NCBI GenBank assembly: GCA_964016885.1
Contig: OZ024743.1
Location: 235,104,001-235,168,000 of the forward strand
From: Eledone cirrhosa
Lineage: Eukaryota
Direction of reading: 5' to 3'
Length of the DNA stretch: 64,000 nt
Of this stretch, positions 24,475 to 36,416 are shown piece by piece (within the stretch, counting starts at the first letter, position 1; each line of letters starts with the position of its first letter). The position numbers and the translations under genes are program-made. Under the pieces are notes generated by a model that did not search any database, was not told the origin of the DNA, and saw only the letters and a list, made by a program, of their open reading frames with translations.

Positions 24475-24900
24475 CTATAAATATAAAACTGAGGATGTCT
24501 GTGTGTGTGTGTCTGTGAGTTTCAATCCCTAAAACTCGAAAAGTACCCAACTGATTTTTTTCAAACTTTACATGTGTATTACTTATATTTTGGATCCATT
24601 AGGTGAAAAACAGCGTTTTTTTCAGCTTTTTATGATTTTTTTTGAGGCGTTACATCAGACCGATTTCCTTGAAATTATAACTATGTATTAGTCAGTCTCT
24701 TCTTCATACCGTGAGCAAAGAAACTCCAGCTTTTTTATGGCCTAGGGCCCGCATTAGGTGAAAACCTTCATTTTTTTAGCTTTTTCCCGAAATTTCAAGG
24801 CATATTATGCACATAAAAAAATAATAATTTTCTTGATCCCCTAGGGCCCGCATTAGGTGAAAACCTGCATTTTTCCTGCTTCATCGAGGAAAATCTTAAA
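24474..24900 (+). mobile_element. Helitron-like 5' portion, 3' end not identified
   Basis: A|TCTATAAATATAAAACTGAGGATGTCTGTGTGTG resembles the 5' end at 3879; internal CATTAGGTGAAAA repeated three times. Confidence 0.45.
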
Positions 24901-25458
24901 GATTATCCAGCCATCAGAGTATTCTGTTTATTTTCTTTACATATTGTCCAGGCATGCAGTTTTTCCACGATTAGGTCTGTTGGCGGCCCGCGTTCCAAAA
25001 TATCTTATTATAGATAATCTCTCTAGCAATATATATATTTTATAATGTTTAAATTTCAATTTTTAATATATTGATCTCAATTTTAAACTAAATATCTAAT
25101 CATAATTAAACAATGTGTAATTTCTCATTATATATCTATATTCCATTCATGAATATTAATATTTCTAATTTTATTTATGCTTTTCATCCCAATTGTTAAC
25201 TCAATTTAGGTTTTCGTTCTCTCCCCCCTCTCTCTATCTCTATATATCTCTCTCTGGATTTTTTCTCTGTCTGATGGTTCTTTATCTATCTCTCCCTTTC
25301 TTTTCTCCACGTTTCTCTCTCTCTCTCCATCTTTTTACTTACTCTTAACACTATGACTTACTAAAGTAAACAAATCACTATCCTGATGGCCTCCAAAAAC
25401 AACGGTCAATTTTTAAAAGGGGTACGTCAATGTCTATTTATAAAACTGTTATATATTG

Positions 25459-25523
25459 TATTTTGTCTGATGAAGGCATACCATAATGTAACTTGGTATC
25501 CTTGAAATATATATAATGAAATA
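25459..25523 (+). ncRNA. Type I hammerhead ribozyme
   Basis: TATTTTGT-CTGATGA-aggcatacca(taatgtaact)tggtatcctt-GAAA-TATATA-TA-ATGAAATA; stems I and II pair, palindromic loop III. Confidence 0.7.
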
Positions 25524-25562
25524 AATATGGTTTTATAAATATAGTTTCCATTTATTAATATC

Positions 25563-25628
<66 letters not shown>

Positions 25629-25671
25629 TAGTTTTGCGAGGTTTTTTATATGAAATCGTGTGTCGAAACAA

Positions 25672-26012
25672 ATATTGTTATACTTGGGGAGAGTCATATT
25701 TGTGTAATAATGCCAGAATTAATAACAGAACACACTCACTGTTTGGTTGGTTTTCGCTTCTGTGTCTTTTATATCGGTTAATATAATTTATTCGGTCCTC
25801 AATGTTACCATTGACTGACCAACGGTAAAAAATACAGATATAATATAGACACAAACACATATATATAGTCTAACAAAGTTCTTTTGCTGCACATCTGCAA
25901 CATCGTCAGTGGTGCTATTATGTTTCTTCCTGTTGTATTGTATGCCCACGCCAGGCGTAGGCATACAATACAACAGCAATATTATTACACAAATATGACC
26001 CTCCCCAAGTAT

Positions 26013-26020
<8 letters not shown>
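25672..26020. repeat. Nested fold-back: 40-bp outer arms plus 47-nt inner palindrome (25930-25976)
   Basis: ATATTGTTATACTTGGGGA...TAATAAT versus 25981-26020; CTGTTGTATTGTATGCC-CACGCC-A-GGCGTA-GGCATACAATACAACAG. Confidence 0.8.
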
Positions 26021-26110
<90 letters not shown>

Positions 26111-26210
26111 AGAGAGGTAGAACACTGGAAGGTAATATCCGTAGTGGTAGAGCACTCAGTCCATGGGACGAGTTAAGTAGAAGTGGTAACACAACAGCTA
26201 GTTCACCATA

Positions 26211-26250
26211 CCGAGAACAATTGTTTCACCTTAGCGGATCTTCAGCTCGG
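26211..26250 (-). ncRNA. Minimal type I hammerhead in the PLE 3' region
   Basis: CCGAG-CTGAAGA-tccgctaaggt-GAA-ACAATTGT-T-CTCGG; perfect 5-bp stem I, palindrome ACAATTGT. Confidence 0.8.
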
Positions 26251-26459
26251 ACTGGTCATGGTTCTACGGAATAGGAAGAACAACCGTATGAACGCGCGTG
26301 CGCAGAAACGCTCACTTCACCCAAGCGATACAATGTCACGGGCGAAAGGTGTAAGGGAGATAACTGCGAAGGTCCGAAAAGTAGTTCGAGTTGAACTGAA
26401 AATTAGAATGTTGTTATTCAATCCGGAGCTTTGTAGTTATGTAAGAGGTGTTTCCAGAC

Positions 26460-27066
26460 ATGTGGACAACGTGTGAAGATTTCATTCCTTGAATAGGCAA
26501 TCGCTATTGCGTAATCTCCTTAGAATATTTATCCGTTCATCAATACACAGTCCACAAGGCGGATTACCCCTTGCGTATGGCTTGGACTTAGTGATGGCTT
26601 TCCATTGAATGGAGTAGTCTATACTTTAGTCCTTGAGGGACCATACGTGGCTCGCGAGTTTCGTGGATGATCGTTTGTCCGGGTACCTAAAGGTCGACTG
26701 ATGGTTCAGGAAGCGTTCCTTAAATCGGCCCTCTGCTATACCCACATAGGATTTGACCTCCTGTGGTTCATTTGGTCGGTTGGAAGTGACCACAGCTTCA
26801 TAAACTACAGCGGGTGTGTTGCATTGTTGTTGAAGGGGACAAGATTCAGGCTTTCGGCAAGAGCACCCTGGTGGGGTGCTGCTCTTAGGGCTGTTGGTGA
26901 TGTGGGCCTTCATATCCTTAACGCAAGAGTACCCTAGTTTTACTCTGTGTCTGTTAAAGATGGAGCAGTATTTGTGACCTATGAGAAAGTGTCTATCTAA
27001 GAGGGCTAAAAATGTTTTTCCTACATTGGTTTTAACGTTGAGTGAGAAGGGAGGAGAGAACAATAT
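26460..27066 (-). pseudogene. Penelope-like GIY-YIG endonuclease region
   Basis: FSPPFSLNVKTNVGK..IFNRH..CSCRKPESCPLQQQC..VVYEAVV..YVGIAEGRFKERFLNH..TKLASHVWSLKD*..W..PY..CGLC; in-frame stop at about 26626. Confidence 0.9.
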
Positions 27067-27067
27067 A

Positions 27068-27160
27068 GTGTGTGTGTGTGTATGTATGTATGTATGTATG
27101 TATGTATGTATGTATGTATGTATGTATGTATGTATGTATGTATGTATGTGTATGTGTGTA

Positions 27161-27248
<88 letters not shown>
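27068..27248. repeat. (TATG)n(TG)n microsatellite
   Basis: Direct inspection. Confidence 0.95.
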
Positions 27249-27249
<1 letters not shown>

Positions 27250-28010
27250 AAAGAAGAGGCAGAAAAAGCAGCCAGTCAAAACGACACGAGAACCCTTTAC
27301 CACATCGTGAAAAAGTTGACAGGGCTGAAAGCAATCCATTGTATGCCAGTGAAAGACAGAATCGGCAATACCTTGGTGACAGCAGACGAACAAAACCAGA
27401 GATGGGTAGAACCCTTCCGGGAGACACTAAACCAACCGGCTCCAACTGCTCTGTTTGCCTCTGACTCAGAGCCAGCAGCAACAAATGTACTGCTCCAAGT
27501 CTGTGAGGACCAAATTACCTAACAGGAAATAAGAGATGCGATCAAAGCTCTGAAGGGCAACAGGGCCGGGGTACTCGACAAGATCTTGACAGAGATGCTG
27601 AATTCTGGTAAGGTCAACACTATCACAGCAGTGACCAGACTGATTAACCGCTGCTGGCAGGACGGACAAGTATCCCTCGGATGTCAACAGGAAGTTATCG
27701 TTAAACTGCCGAGGAAGAGGAATCTAACAGATTGCAAGAACTAGCGTGGCATCACACTGCTGTTGGTCTCGGGCAAAGTGTTCAGTACAGTGTTGCTAAG
27801 ATGGCTACGATAAAATATAGACTCTATGGTCAGAGAACAAGCGGGTTTCTGAAGCAACTTCTCGTGTGCTGAACAGATCTTTACACTGCGCAACATCATT
27901 GAGTAGTGCATCGAGCTGCAAAAGCTACTGGTTTTTAACTTCATTGACTTTCAAAAAGCATTTCACAGTGTGCACAGGGAGTCTCTGTGGAAGATCGCAC
28001 GCTAGTATGG
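27249..28010 (+). pseudogene. RTE-clade LINE reverse transcriptase fragment
   Basis: AEKAASQNDTRTLY..RWVEPFRETLN..IVKLP..LTDCKN*RGITLL..EQAGF..IFTLRNIIE..FIDFQKAF; several stops. Confidence 0.9.
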
Positions 28011-28486
28011 TAACATTGTTGAGGATAAAAGTAAATGGAGAGGGGGTGGGGGGAAATACATATAAATAGTAAAAGATACACATAAAGAGAGGGGTGGTGA
28101 TGGTTGTTGTTATAAAAGTTGTGTTGGTTATGAGTAAGATAATGAAAGCAATTTGGAGATATTTACTTCAGGGAACATCGAAATAAAATAGGTTTCACAC
28201 ATACATATCCAGTAATGTAACACAGTACATGGGTTGGTACTTTTGTCAACATGATATCAAAATGATCATTTAAAATAAACATTAAATATGATATTCTTCA
28301 TTTTTCAGTAATTGTTTTGAAATCCAAATTCTACTTCTGTTGACAAACTAAATTACGAAACTTGTTTGTCTCTTTCTCCTACGTCAAGCAAGTTTCTACC
28401 AATCATGGCTCTTTGTCGCACAGAGACACAAACAATGCTATTATAATATCATATATAATAATATACACATACACATATACACACAC

Positions 28487-28565
<79 letters not shown>

Positions 28566-28646
28566 GAGAAATCAGTCACTGAGAAGGTCACAGAATGTGT
28601 GACGAAAGAGCTTTGACAATATATAAACAACCATCCGGTTATATAT

Positions 28647-28690
<44 letters not shown>

Positions 28691-28810
28691 GTGTGTGTGT
28701 GTGTGTGTGTTTTGTGTTAAGTATTTCCGTAGAAAAGGTAAAGGAAAGAAGCGTGCCCTATGTATAGTACAGAGCTATTTAATTATATAATAAACAACAC
28801 AATATAATTA

Positions 28811-28880
28811 TTCCATTACCAAAGGTTTCAAGAAACTAGACGATCCTTACAGAAACGTCCGGCCTGTTCATCAGATGAAA
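28811..28880 (-). ncRNA. Type I hammerhead ribozyme, intact core, long stem II
   Basis: TTTCAT-CTGATGA-(acaggccggacg...cgtctagtttctt)-GAAA-CC-TTT-GG-TA-ATGGAA. Confidence 0.75.
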
Positions 28881-28930
28881 GCAGAGGAGAGCAGATAAAT
28901 GTGTTTAACACACACACACATATATATATA

Positions 28931-28987
<57 letters not shown>

Positions 28988-29418
28988 GATAATGAATCCA
29001 AACATATCAAATATGTTTAGAATTTTGTATTTCTCAATAAGCAAGCTCAATAGACATTATCTAGAGCCATAATAACCAAAAGATAAAAATATATGTTTAT
29101 ATATAGAGAGAAAGAGCTCTCCCTTAGAATGGTGAGACTAAGCCTCTGAAAAGTACCTGCGTCTCATGTGGTTTAATCACAATTGATAGTTTGTCTTCGA
29201 TGATCGATTATAGTAATTGATTTTTTTAATGATCGATTACATAGATTGATTTTGAGCTACACTCTCCGGGTATGAAATAGCGCTATAAGGTTTCACCTAT
29301 GATTCCACCTGTGTACATATTCTTCTATAGAATTTGGTATATATACAATATACCATGTTTCTTATACCATATATGGCTCTTTCTCTCTCTCTATATAAAT
29401 ATATCTTTTTCATTTTTG

Positions 29419-29457
<39 letters not shown>

Positions 29458-29458
<1 letters not shown>

Positions 29459-29781
29459 AATAAGGAAATACAAAGTTTAGATGATAAAGTCCTTTATTGA
29501 TAAGGCCGTTATACGTATTTCGAGAACGACAAATGGTTACGCAATACAGCGTAGAAGCTATTGCTATGCTCTCTTCAGACAGCGTCTTACATAATGAAGT
29601 TACAATCAAGGAGGTAATCCAAGGGACAAAGGGAACGGACAAACAGCGATGTTTGTTAATCGAATGTCCGTCTCCTGTCAGCTTCTACGCTGTATTGCGT
29701 AACCATTTGTCGTCCTCGAAATATGTATAACGGCCTTATCAATAAAGGACTTTGTCATCTAAACTTTGTATTTCCTTATTC
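29458..29781. mobile_element. PLE fold-back module (family P2), 102-bp inverted arms
   Basis: 29458-29559 versus 29680-29781; each arm has AATAAA downstream of the ribozyme 3' half; abuts (TA)n. Confidence 0.8.
29505..29583 (-). ncRNA. Type I hammerhead ribozyme, intact core
   Basis: GCTGT-CTGAAGA-(gag...tacgc tgtatt gcgta...ctc)-GAAA-TACGTA-TA-ACGGC. Confidence 0.75.
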
Positions 29782-30204
29782 TAAAAATACTCCGTCACTC
29801 CTGTGAAGAAAATGCACGTTGAGTTCTTGAATTGAATTGCATCAATATTTTTTAAATATATATATATATATATATATATATCAGTTAAACACATTTATCT
29901 GCTCTCCTCTCTCTTTTACACGTAGCCTTTTAACGAACGTCTATTCACATTTCCCTCCTCCCTGCGTTATCATTTTCACAACTTGTCTCTAACGTATCTT
30001 GACCTGTTTACAGTCGTAAGACTTTAACAAATAGTATTTGTTTATGTACTCGCTTTGCTCATATTCGACAGACACTCCGTTGTTTTTCACTGTCTCCACG
30101 TTGTTGAGTTGTCTCATATGGATCTTTCCAGTGGCCTGTTCAAGTCGTTATACATCCCGGGTTCAATATCAAGTAAACCCATTCTAATCCAAGAAATTGT
30201 ATTA

Positions 30205-30270
30205 TCAACGAAATTGCACTGCGAGTGCATTTTTCGTAGCACCAGCACTAGAGAGGTTGTCAGTCATTGA
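30205..30270 (-). ncRNA. Decayed hammerhead in a PLE-like terminus
   Basis: TCAATGA-CTGACAA-...-GAAA-aaTGCACT-cgc-AGTGCA-at-t-TCGTTGA; element end ATCCCGGGTTCAAT at about 30164 matches position 232. Confidence 0.5.
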
Positions 30271-30960
30271 CTCAACTGAAGAGCTTTCTGTATACTACGG
30301 TGGGGGATATAGGATGGGTGGGGGTAAGAAGGAAGATGATAATAAATATGCTATCATGGATGAATGGCAAGTGTGGTAGGTGGTGGGTTTGACAGGGTGA
30401 TGAAGAACAGAGAAGGGACTGACGTCCGACAGTGTTCGTCGTACTGCTAGTAAAGTTGGGTAATCCTGAGGAGTGTGGAGATGGGTGTGGGATCCTGTAT
30501 AGAGAAGAGGTGGGGGTGTACACGGATGGTGAACACAGCTACTTAGGATAGTGTAGGAACGGTATGAACAAGGTAGAGGTGTACGGAGAATAACTACTAA
30601 GGAGTGATATCGGGAGGAGTGAGTACATTATGCTTGTGGGTGTGTCTTCTCCAGTACCCCATGTCACCAATCCTCACGGCCTTTTGTCATATTTCTTGTA
30701 AGATTCAGCTTCCTTAGGTCGGCTTCAATACTTCATCCCATGACTTCCTGAGTCTCCCTCTTCCACGAGTCCCATCTCCTCAAATTTCTCTGTATTTTAT
30801 ACAGCTGTTATTCTCCATACGCTGTTTTCTCACTTGCATACGACATTCGATTCCTTTTATGCCAAGTTTTTCTCCCAGCCTGCTTATATATAAAATAAAT
30901 ATTTCCATTTAGGTATATAAAATAACTGACGATAAATTGAAACCGAATGAAACTTTAAAG

Positions 30961-31024
30961 CAGGCATGTGCAACCTTTTTCGAGAATCGGGCCGCATGAG
31001 ATATGACTCATCATCAGGCGAGCC
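30961..31024. mobile_element. hAT-like terminal fragment (related copy about 59706-59852)
   Basis: CAGGCATG.GCA.CC...GGGC..C.TGAGATATG.CTC.TCAT shared. Confidence 0.5.
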
Positions 31025-31034
31025 TATTGATAAG

Positions 31035-31109
31035 GCTGTGATACATATTTCAATGACGACAGTGGCCACGCGATTCCGGGTGCCCACTGCCATGATCTCA
31101 TCAGACAGC
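31035..31109 (-). ncRNA. Type I hammerhead ribozyme, intact core
   Basis: GCTGT-CTGATGA-(long stem II atggcagtgg...ccactgtcgt)-GAAA-TATGTA-TC-ACAGC. Confidence 0.8.
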
Positions 31110-31217
31110 TTCTTACGTAATACAGGGGAAGAGGCGAAGGCTTCAAGAACATCTTTGTCCGCTCCCTCGTTGTTTAAATTTGGATTGCCTCGGGAACGTA
31201 ACCTTATTATGTAAGAA

Positions 31218-31292
31218 GCTGTCTGATGATGTCATGGCACTGGTTACGCGGAATCGTGTGACCACTGTCATCATTGAAATATGTATCACAGC
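31218..31292 (+). ncRNA. Type I hammerhead ribozyme, intact core
   Basis: GCTGT-CTGATGA-(tggttacgcg gaat cgtgtgacca)-GAAA-TATGTA-TC-ACAGC, then AATAAA. Confidence 0.8.
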
Positions 31293-31409
31293 CTTATCAA
31301 TAAAGAACTTTCACATCTAAAACTACTTCGCATTTTTTACCCCCCCCCCCCCTCTCTCTATATATATATATACATGATATATGATATATGAGTCAAGGGT
31401 AATTATACA

Positions 31410-31499
<90 letters not shown>

Positions 31500-32257
31500 A
31501 TATATATATATATATATACATATACATTCATTTCATTAAGGCTAAACAGTGTGTCTTGTTACTCTGGATTTTGCCAGTTCATCACAGTGTTATCAGACAA
31601 TATACATATACATATACATATACATATTTACAAATACATATATACATATATATTTACATATATGTATGCGTGTGTTTATATGTGTGCTTGCGTGTTAAGA
31701 AACTGAGAAGCTTATTAATGTTTAGGTTAACATTTTCATCACATACATGTGTGAATGAATGTATGTGTGAATGAATGTATGTGTGTGTATGTGTGTTTTA
31801 GACACCACACTGAGGCAGTGTATGTTTGTATATTTCTCAAGAATGTCTAAGACTAAAGAGAACTGTTTAACTTCAGTGAACGCCAATTCTAATAAAACTC
31901 TTAAGAATGAAGGTAATGTTTGGAATTTTATTTACTTTATCTCACCAATCCTTCCTTTCCTTTATCGCCCCATTCCTCTTATGGTGTTACTATTACAGAA
32001 ATAACAACCACTATAAATACTTACGTTCTTCTTCTTCTTGTTTAAGAGTTTAAATCCCACCGGGGTTCACTTTTTGCCGAAAAATGTATTACCATGATTT
32101 CATTGGCTGTACCCTCCCCGCCTTCCACTATCACTTTTGGCTTTGTGGTTATGTTAAAAATCCTTCTCAATATACTGAAAAATCGTACTTAATCTCATAT
32201 GCAAAATCAATGAATTGCACACTCCTGTTAATTGTATAGGCATGTCATTTCCTAGAC

Positions 32258-32548
32258 CAGGGCTATTTTAACTGTTGGGTGGGCGATGAGCAGCTGATCA
32301 GAAAATGGTGGGCGATTGGAAATTTCGGTGGATGATACGGATTTTTTAGTATTAAGAGGGTATTTCAACATATGCTTCCCGAAGAAAATATTCAAAGGAG
32401 ATATGCAAAGAACGGGAATAACGAACCAGTAACAAACTTTTACCAAACATTTTTGGTATGCTTTTGAATATTTACTATACAGGTGGCCTGTGGAAATTTT
32501 TTCCATATGAAAGTGGGAGGTGACGCAAAAAAAGGTTGGGAAGCCCTG
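32258..32548. mobile_element. hAT (Charlie-like) MITE
   Basis: CAGGGCT...AGCCCTG termini; perfect 8-bp TSD TCCTAGAC. Confidence 0.9.
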
Positions 32549-32769
32549 TCCTAGACTATGCAATTAAGCCGAATTGACTGTACAATAAAACAAAGGTGAA
32601 TATGATAGTATACATATATAGACCCCTGTCGATTTCGTCGATGAGTCTTCCTGTTGTTCGGTCAACAGAACGGTGTATTTGTTAAATTAACGTATAAACG
32701 ATTTCCTTAATCAAACAAACGCCTTCCACTCTGTTCTTACTCTGTGCGAGATTTCAGCGGTAATGTTTC

Positions 32770-33200
32770 CGTTAAAGATGTACTCAAAGCAGAACTGGAT
32801 AAAGCCCTGCGTGCCAATCTCTTCAATAGCATTGTCTTACCTGCGCTCTTTGCACTTGTGTGACGTGGACTACTACGAAAAAAGAAAAACTTAAGCTAGA
32901 AATATCATCACGAGAGCATGTCCGAATGGAGCAGGGTGAACGATGTGATCGCTGAATACCGAAAACTTTGCTAGACATAATGTCGCAAGGTTCACAGCCA
33001 ATAGGTGAACCCGTGCAATTGTCAATTGGTATCCAAGAGATCGGAAGAGGAGACCACACGGAAGACCACCAATGTGACTGGGGAGATGACATAGTCAAAT
33101 GATTCGGGTTGAATTGGAAGAGAAGGCTACAATAAAGGGAGAAATAGAAGTGTATCGTGAAGAATCTGGTCGATCCAAGAATCCAAGAATAAGTGACTTA
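32770..33200 (+). pseudogene. RTE LINE 3' fragment
   Basis: KALRANLFNSIVLPAL..TWTTTKKE..WYPRDRKRRPHGRPP; short TCCAAGAA repeat tail. Confidence 0.65.
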
Positions 33201-35981
33201 GTGTTCCATTGACACGTGTATCTTTCTGTGATATACATTATAAAAAAAAAAGAAGAATATTTTTACCCCTGCACACAGTGTTATCTGTAATAATTTAGAG
33301 AAAAATAAGACTAAATTAGTTCTAGTCGTTCTACATATCCATACGTCATGAGTTGTTAATATAATTTATATGATCAGTGATATCTATCGTCAGAAAAAAA
33401 TGATTAAAAAGAAGAAAAAGAAAACGTTCCGTTTAGAGTAATGACTTTAGTGATATTTGTGTGACAGTAAGATTGTATAAATAATGATAAATAGAAATAT
33501 GGTAAGTGAGGCTGCGAATTGTCAGGGTCGCTAGAGCGTCGGACAGAATACTTTGTGGTATTTGTTTCGGCTCTCAACTTTGTTTTTCATCCAGCCGACG
33601 TCGATAAAAAAAATACCAGTTAAGTACTGGGATCGATTCTTCCTTTATATCTCTTTCTCCCTTCCATTCTCTCACTCTCTATCCTTCTATGGAAGAAATC
33701 TGCTGTATTCAGATCTGGAGAGGAGATGGTCGCAACCAGGTTTAAAAGGCAACAACAAAATGCCCTAGAAACGCCGTATGTTAATACGGTGTCCCTACGA
33801 CTTCTCCCCCCAGTTACTTGACCATGAGTTACTTGACCATGTATGCAATATGGTAGTAAATTATTGCTTTCAAAACTATTAATGTCGGGTGTGAAGTAAA
33901 TTTGTTTGAGATTGAAATTGTCTAAAGTTTACCACAACTCTACAGTACTCGGAGAACTGGTTATTATTAAAAAATGAAACCGTTATATTGAAGATAATTG
34001 CCAAGTTGTTGTTCACTGTGACCAAACTTTTAAAAAATATAGAAATTGGATCTGACTTTTTAATACGCCATTCATGTTTTTACTTAAAAAATATAAAATC
34101 TTTTGACATTGAAATTTTGAGTTTTAGTTAACTTCGGGGAGGAATTCATTGACTGTCAGCTTAACTTCTGTTGTCGTGCTTCAGATAGACATGTATGTAT
34201 GCAGGGTGGATCACTAAAAATAAGTATCAGCTTTCTTTCGATGTAACTCTTGGGATTTTCATAAGTATAAACAACTGTGAAGAAAAGATGTGACTTGACA
34301 TGGTATAATATACTAGATTTCGAAATAAATAAATATATAAATAAATAAACAAAACGACGAAATGAACCCACCCTTTTCAAAAGTTATGATCAACAATTTT
34401 TGTAGTTTTAATATATTATTTTACAATCTGATTATAAATAACAGAAATATTCATTATGTAAAAAAAAAATTAAACTTGCAATTTCGTAGTTGACATTCTT
34501 TATATTAGAGACAGAGAACAGTGAGGGTTTGAGCATACGACGTACAGAAGATGACGCACAAATGTTTAAGTTATATAATGTTACTACTCAGATTTTTATT
34601 TTTTAATTGCAGGTTCCATCTTCTTGTAGTTGTTGTCGTCATCGTTATTGTTGTCCTCGTTGTTGTTTAATTCATGGTCGACTTTGATTTTCATAATTTC
34701 TGTATTTTACCAGAATTTTCATGATTTTCCACCTCTAGTGAGAGATGACAAATTATATAAAGCGACTAGTTTGTGTCTTGCCCTTACATTAGCGTACTGT
34801 TTCATTCGTATGAAATCATCAGGAATGTCAAGTGGCTTAGAGAGTCGTTGGCTCTTATATACACATAATACATCAGATCCGAACACAAAAGAATCAAACT
34901 CTCACTGTCACTGCCTCCGCATCTCCCCGTCTCTCACTATTGTGAGGAAATGGGGGCCCACGAGTTGGCCGCCCCGCCGCCCCGGCGGACAGAATAGAGA
35001 AGGATGGTGAGAGAGGCGTGCTAGAAGAGCCATTCCAGCTTGCGAGTACTTGTGGAGCTGGTTGACAAGATACAACTCGTTTAATAGGCCTTTCATAGTT
35101 GCAAACCGTCAGTAAACATACGGAAAGCAATCATATATGTTCAATGATCTCAGCGATATCAATTCAGAAATAACAAATGAAGCATGTATCTTTTATAGGA
35201 CAATGAATTAGACTTGGACAGATAGAAATACATTCTTAGGGTTAGCAATAGTCATGTCAGAGTTGATGTTCACGCTGACGAGAAAAGGTGAGGTAGAGAC
35301 TGCGAACACAGTTGTTGCTTCTTCACTCGTATATCTTTGGCAAAAGATTCAATGATACTTGGTGATTGGTTTTCGTCCTGAAAGATGACTAATCAAAAGA
35401 GAAGGAAAAATATGTACTGATGGCTGTGTAGAAGTGTAAAAATGTACTTGTTTAAATTCCTATCATTAAGAATATGGCATGGATTTCAAAATACGTATTT
35501 TACCGATGTGTTAAGGAAAGAATTTATATTTTGTTTTATCTTTTTATGACTATCAAGAAGCCGTAACTATATATTCCAATTCGTTTATATACTCAATATA
35601 CACTCAATTCGTTTTTTGTTTTACTTTTTGCTAAATTTTTCCCATCAGAAATTTGACAGGAAAACGGTTCACCTACTTATGTTATGAAGGGTAGCAATTT
35701 TCCGGTCAATTGATTACCAAGTTCTTATTTTTTTTCTAGGTTTCCTTCATAAGAACTTTCCAGTGTATACTTGTGTTATTCCACATAGCATTACAGTTGT
35801 TATTCATTTCAAGGCAACGATTACCGTATCATTGCCCAGAGCTGTAAGTTACAGAAACTAAGTTGTGCATTGCCATGTTGTCAGACTTTGATTGTGAAGC
35901 GAAATTTATTGGCCACTTTTTTCGGGGTACCATAGCAATCTTGGACGTCGAGGTTTTTGTTTTAATATTTCATTATTTAAG

Positions 35982-36416
35982 ATGGCGGTGGATTGGCAGT
36001 ATCGGTAGAGGATCGCACGCCATGCTTTGACGCATAGTTACGGCCCTTGCCATTCTCAGTTCAAATCGCGCCGAGGTTAACTTTGCCTTTCATCCTTACG
36101 GGATCGATAAAATAAAGTACCAGTAATACACTGGGTAAATTGCTGGCCTTGTGCCAAAAGTAGAAACAATTATTTAAAACAGTAAATACGGCGGTGGATT
36201 GGCAGTATAGGTAGAGCACCAAACTTTCTTTGTGGCATAGATTTATGTCCCTTTATTTTCTGAGTTCAAATGCCGCCAACAAGGTTACCTTTGATTTTCA
36301 TCTTCCAGCGGTCGATAAGATAAAGTACCAGTAACGTACTGAGGTCGATTTAATCGACCCCCCCCCCCACCTAAACAAAAAATGGTTGGCCTTGTTCCTA
36401 AACCAGAAACCATTAT
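35982..36416 (+). mobile_element. Two tandem family A SINEs
   Basis: GGCGGTGGATTGGCAGTAT head, GTTCAAAT B box and tail motifs; junction repeat TTATTTAAAAC. Confidence 0.9.

Larger units (their letters stand above)
31025..31302. mobile_element. PLE fold-back module (family P2) with two divergent hammerheads
   Basis: Inverted arms 31025-31122 and 31205-31302, 82-bp spacer. Confidence 0.8.
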
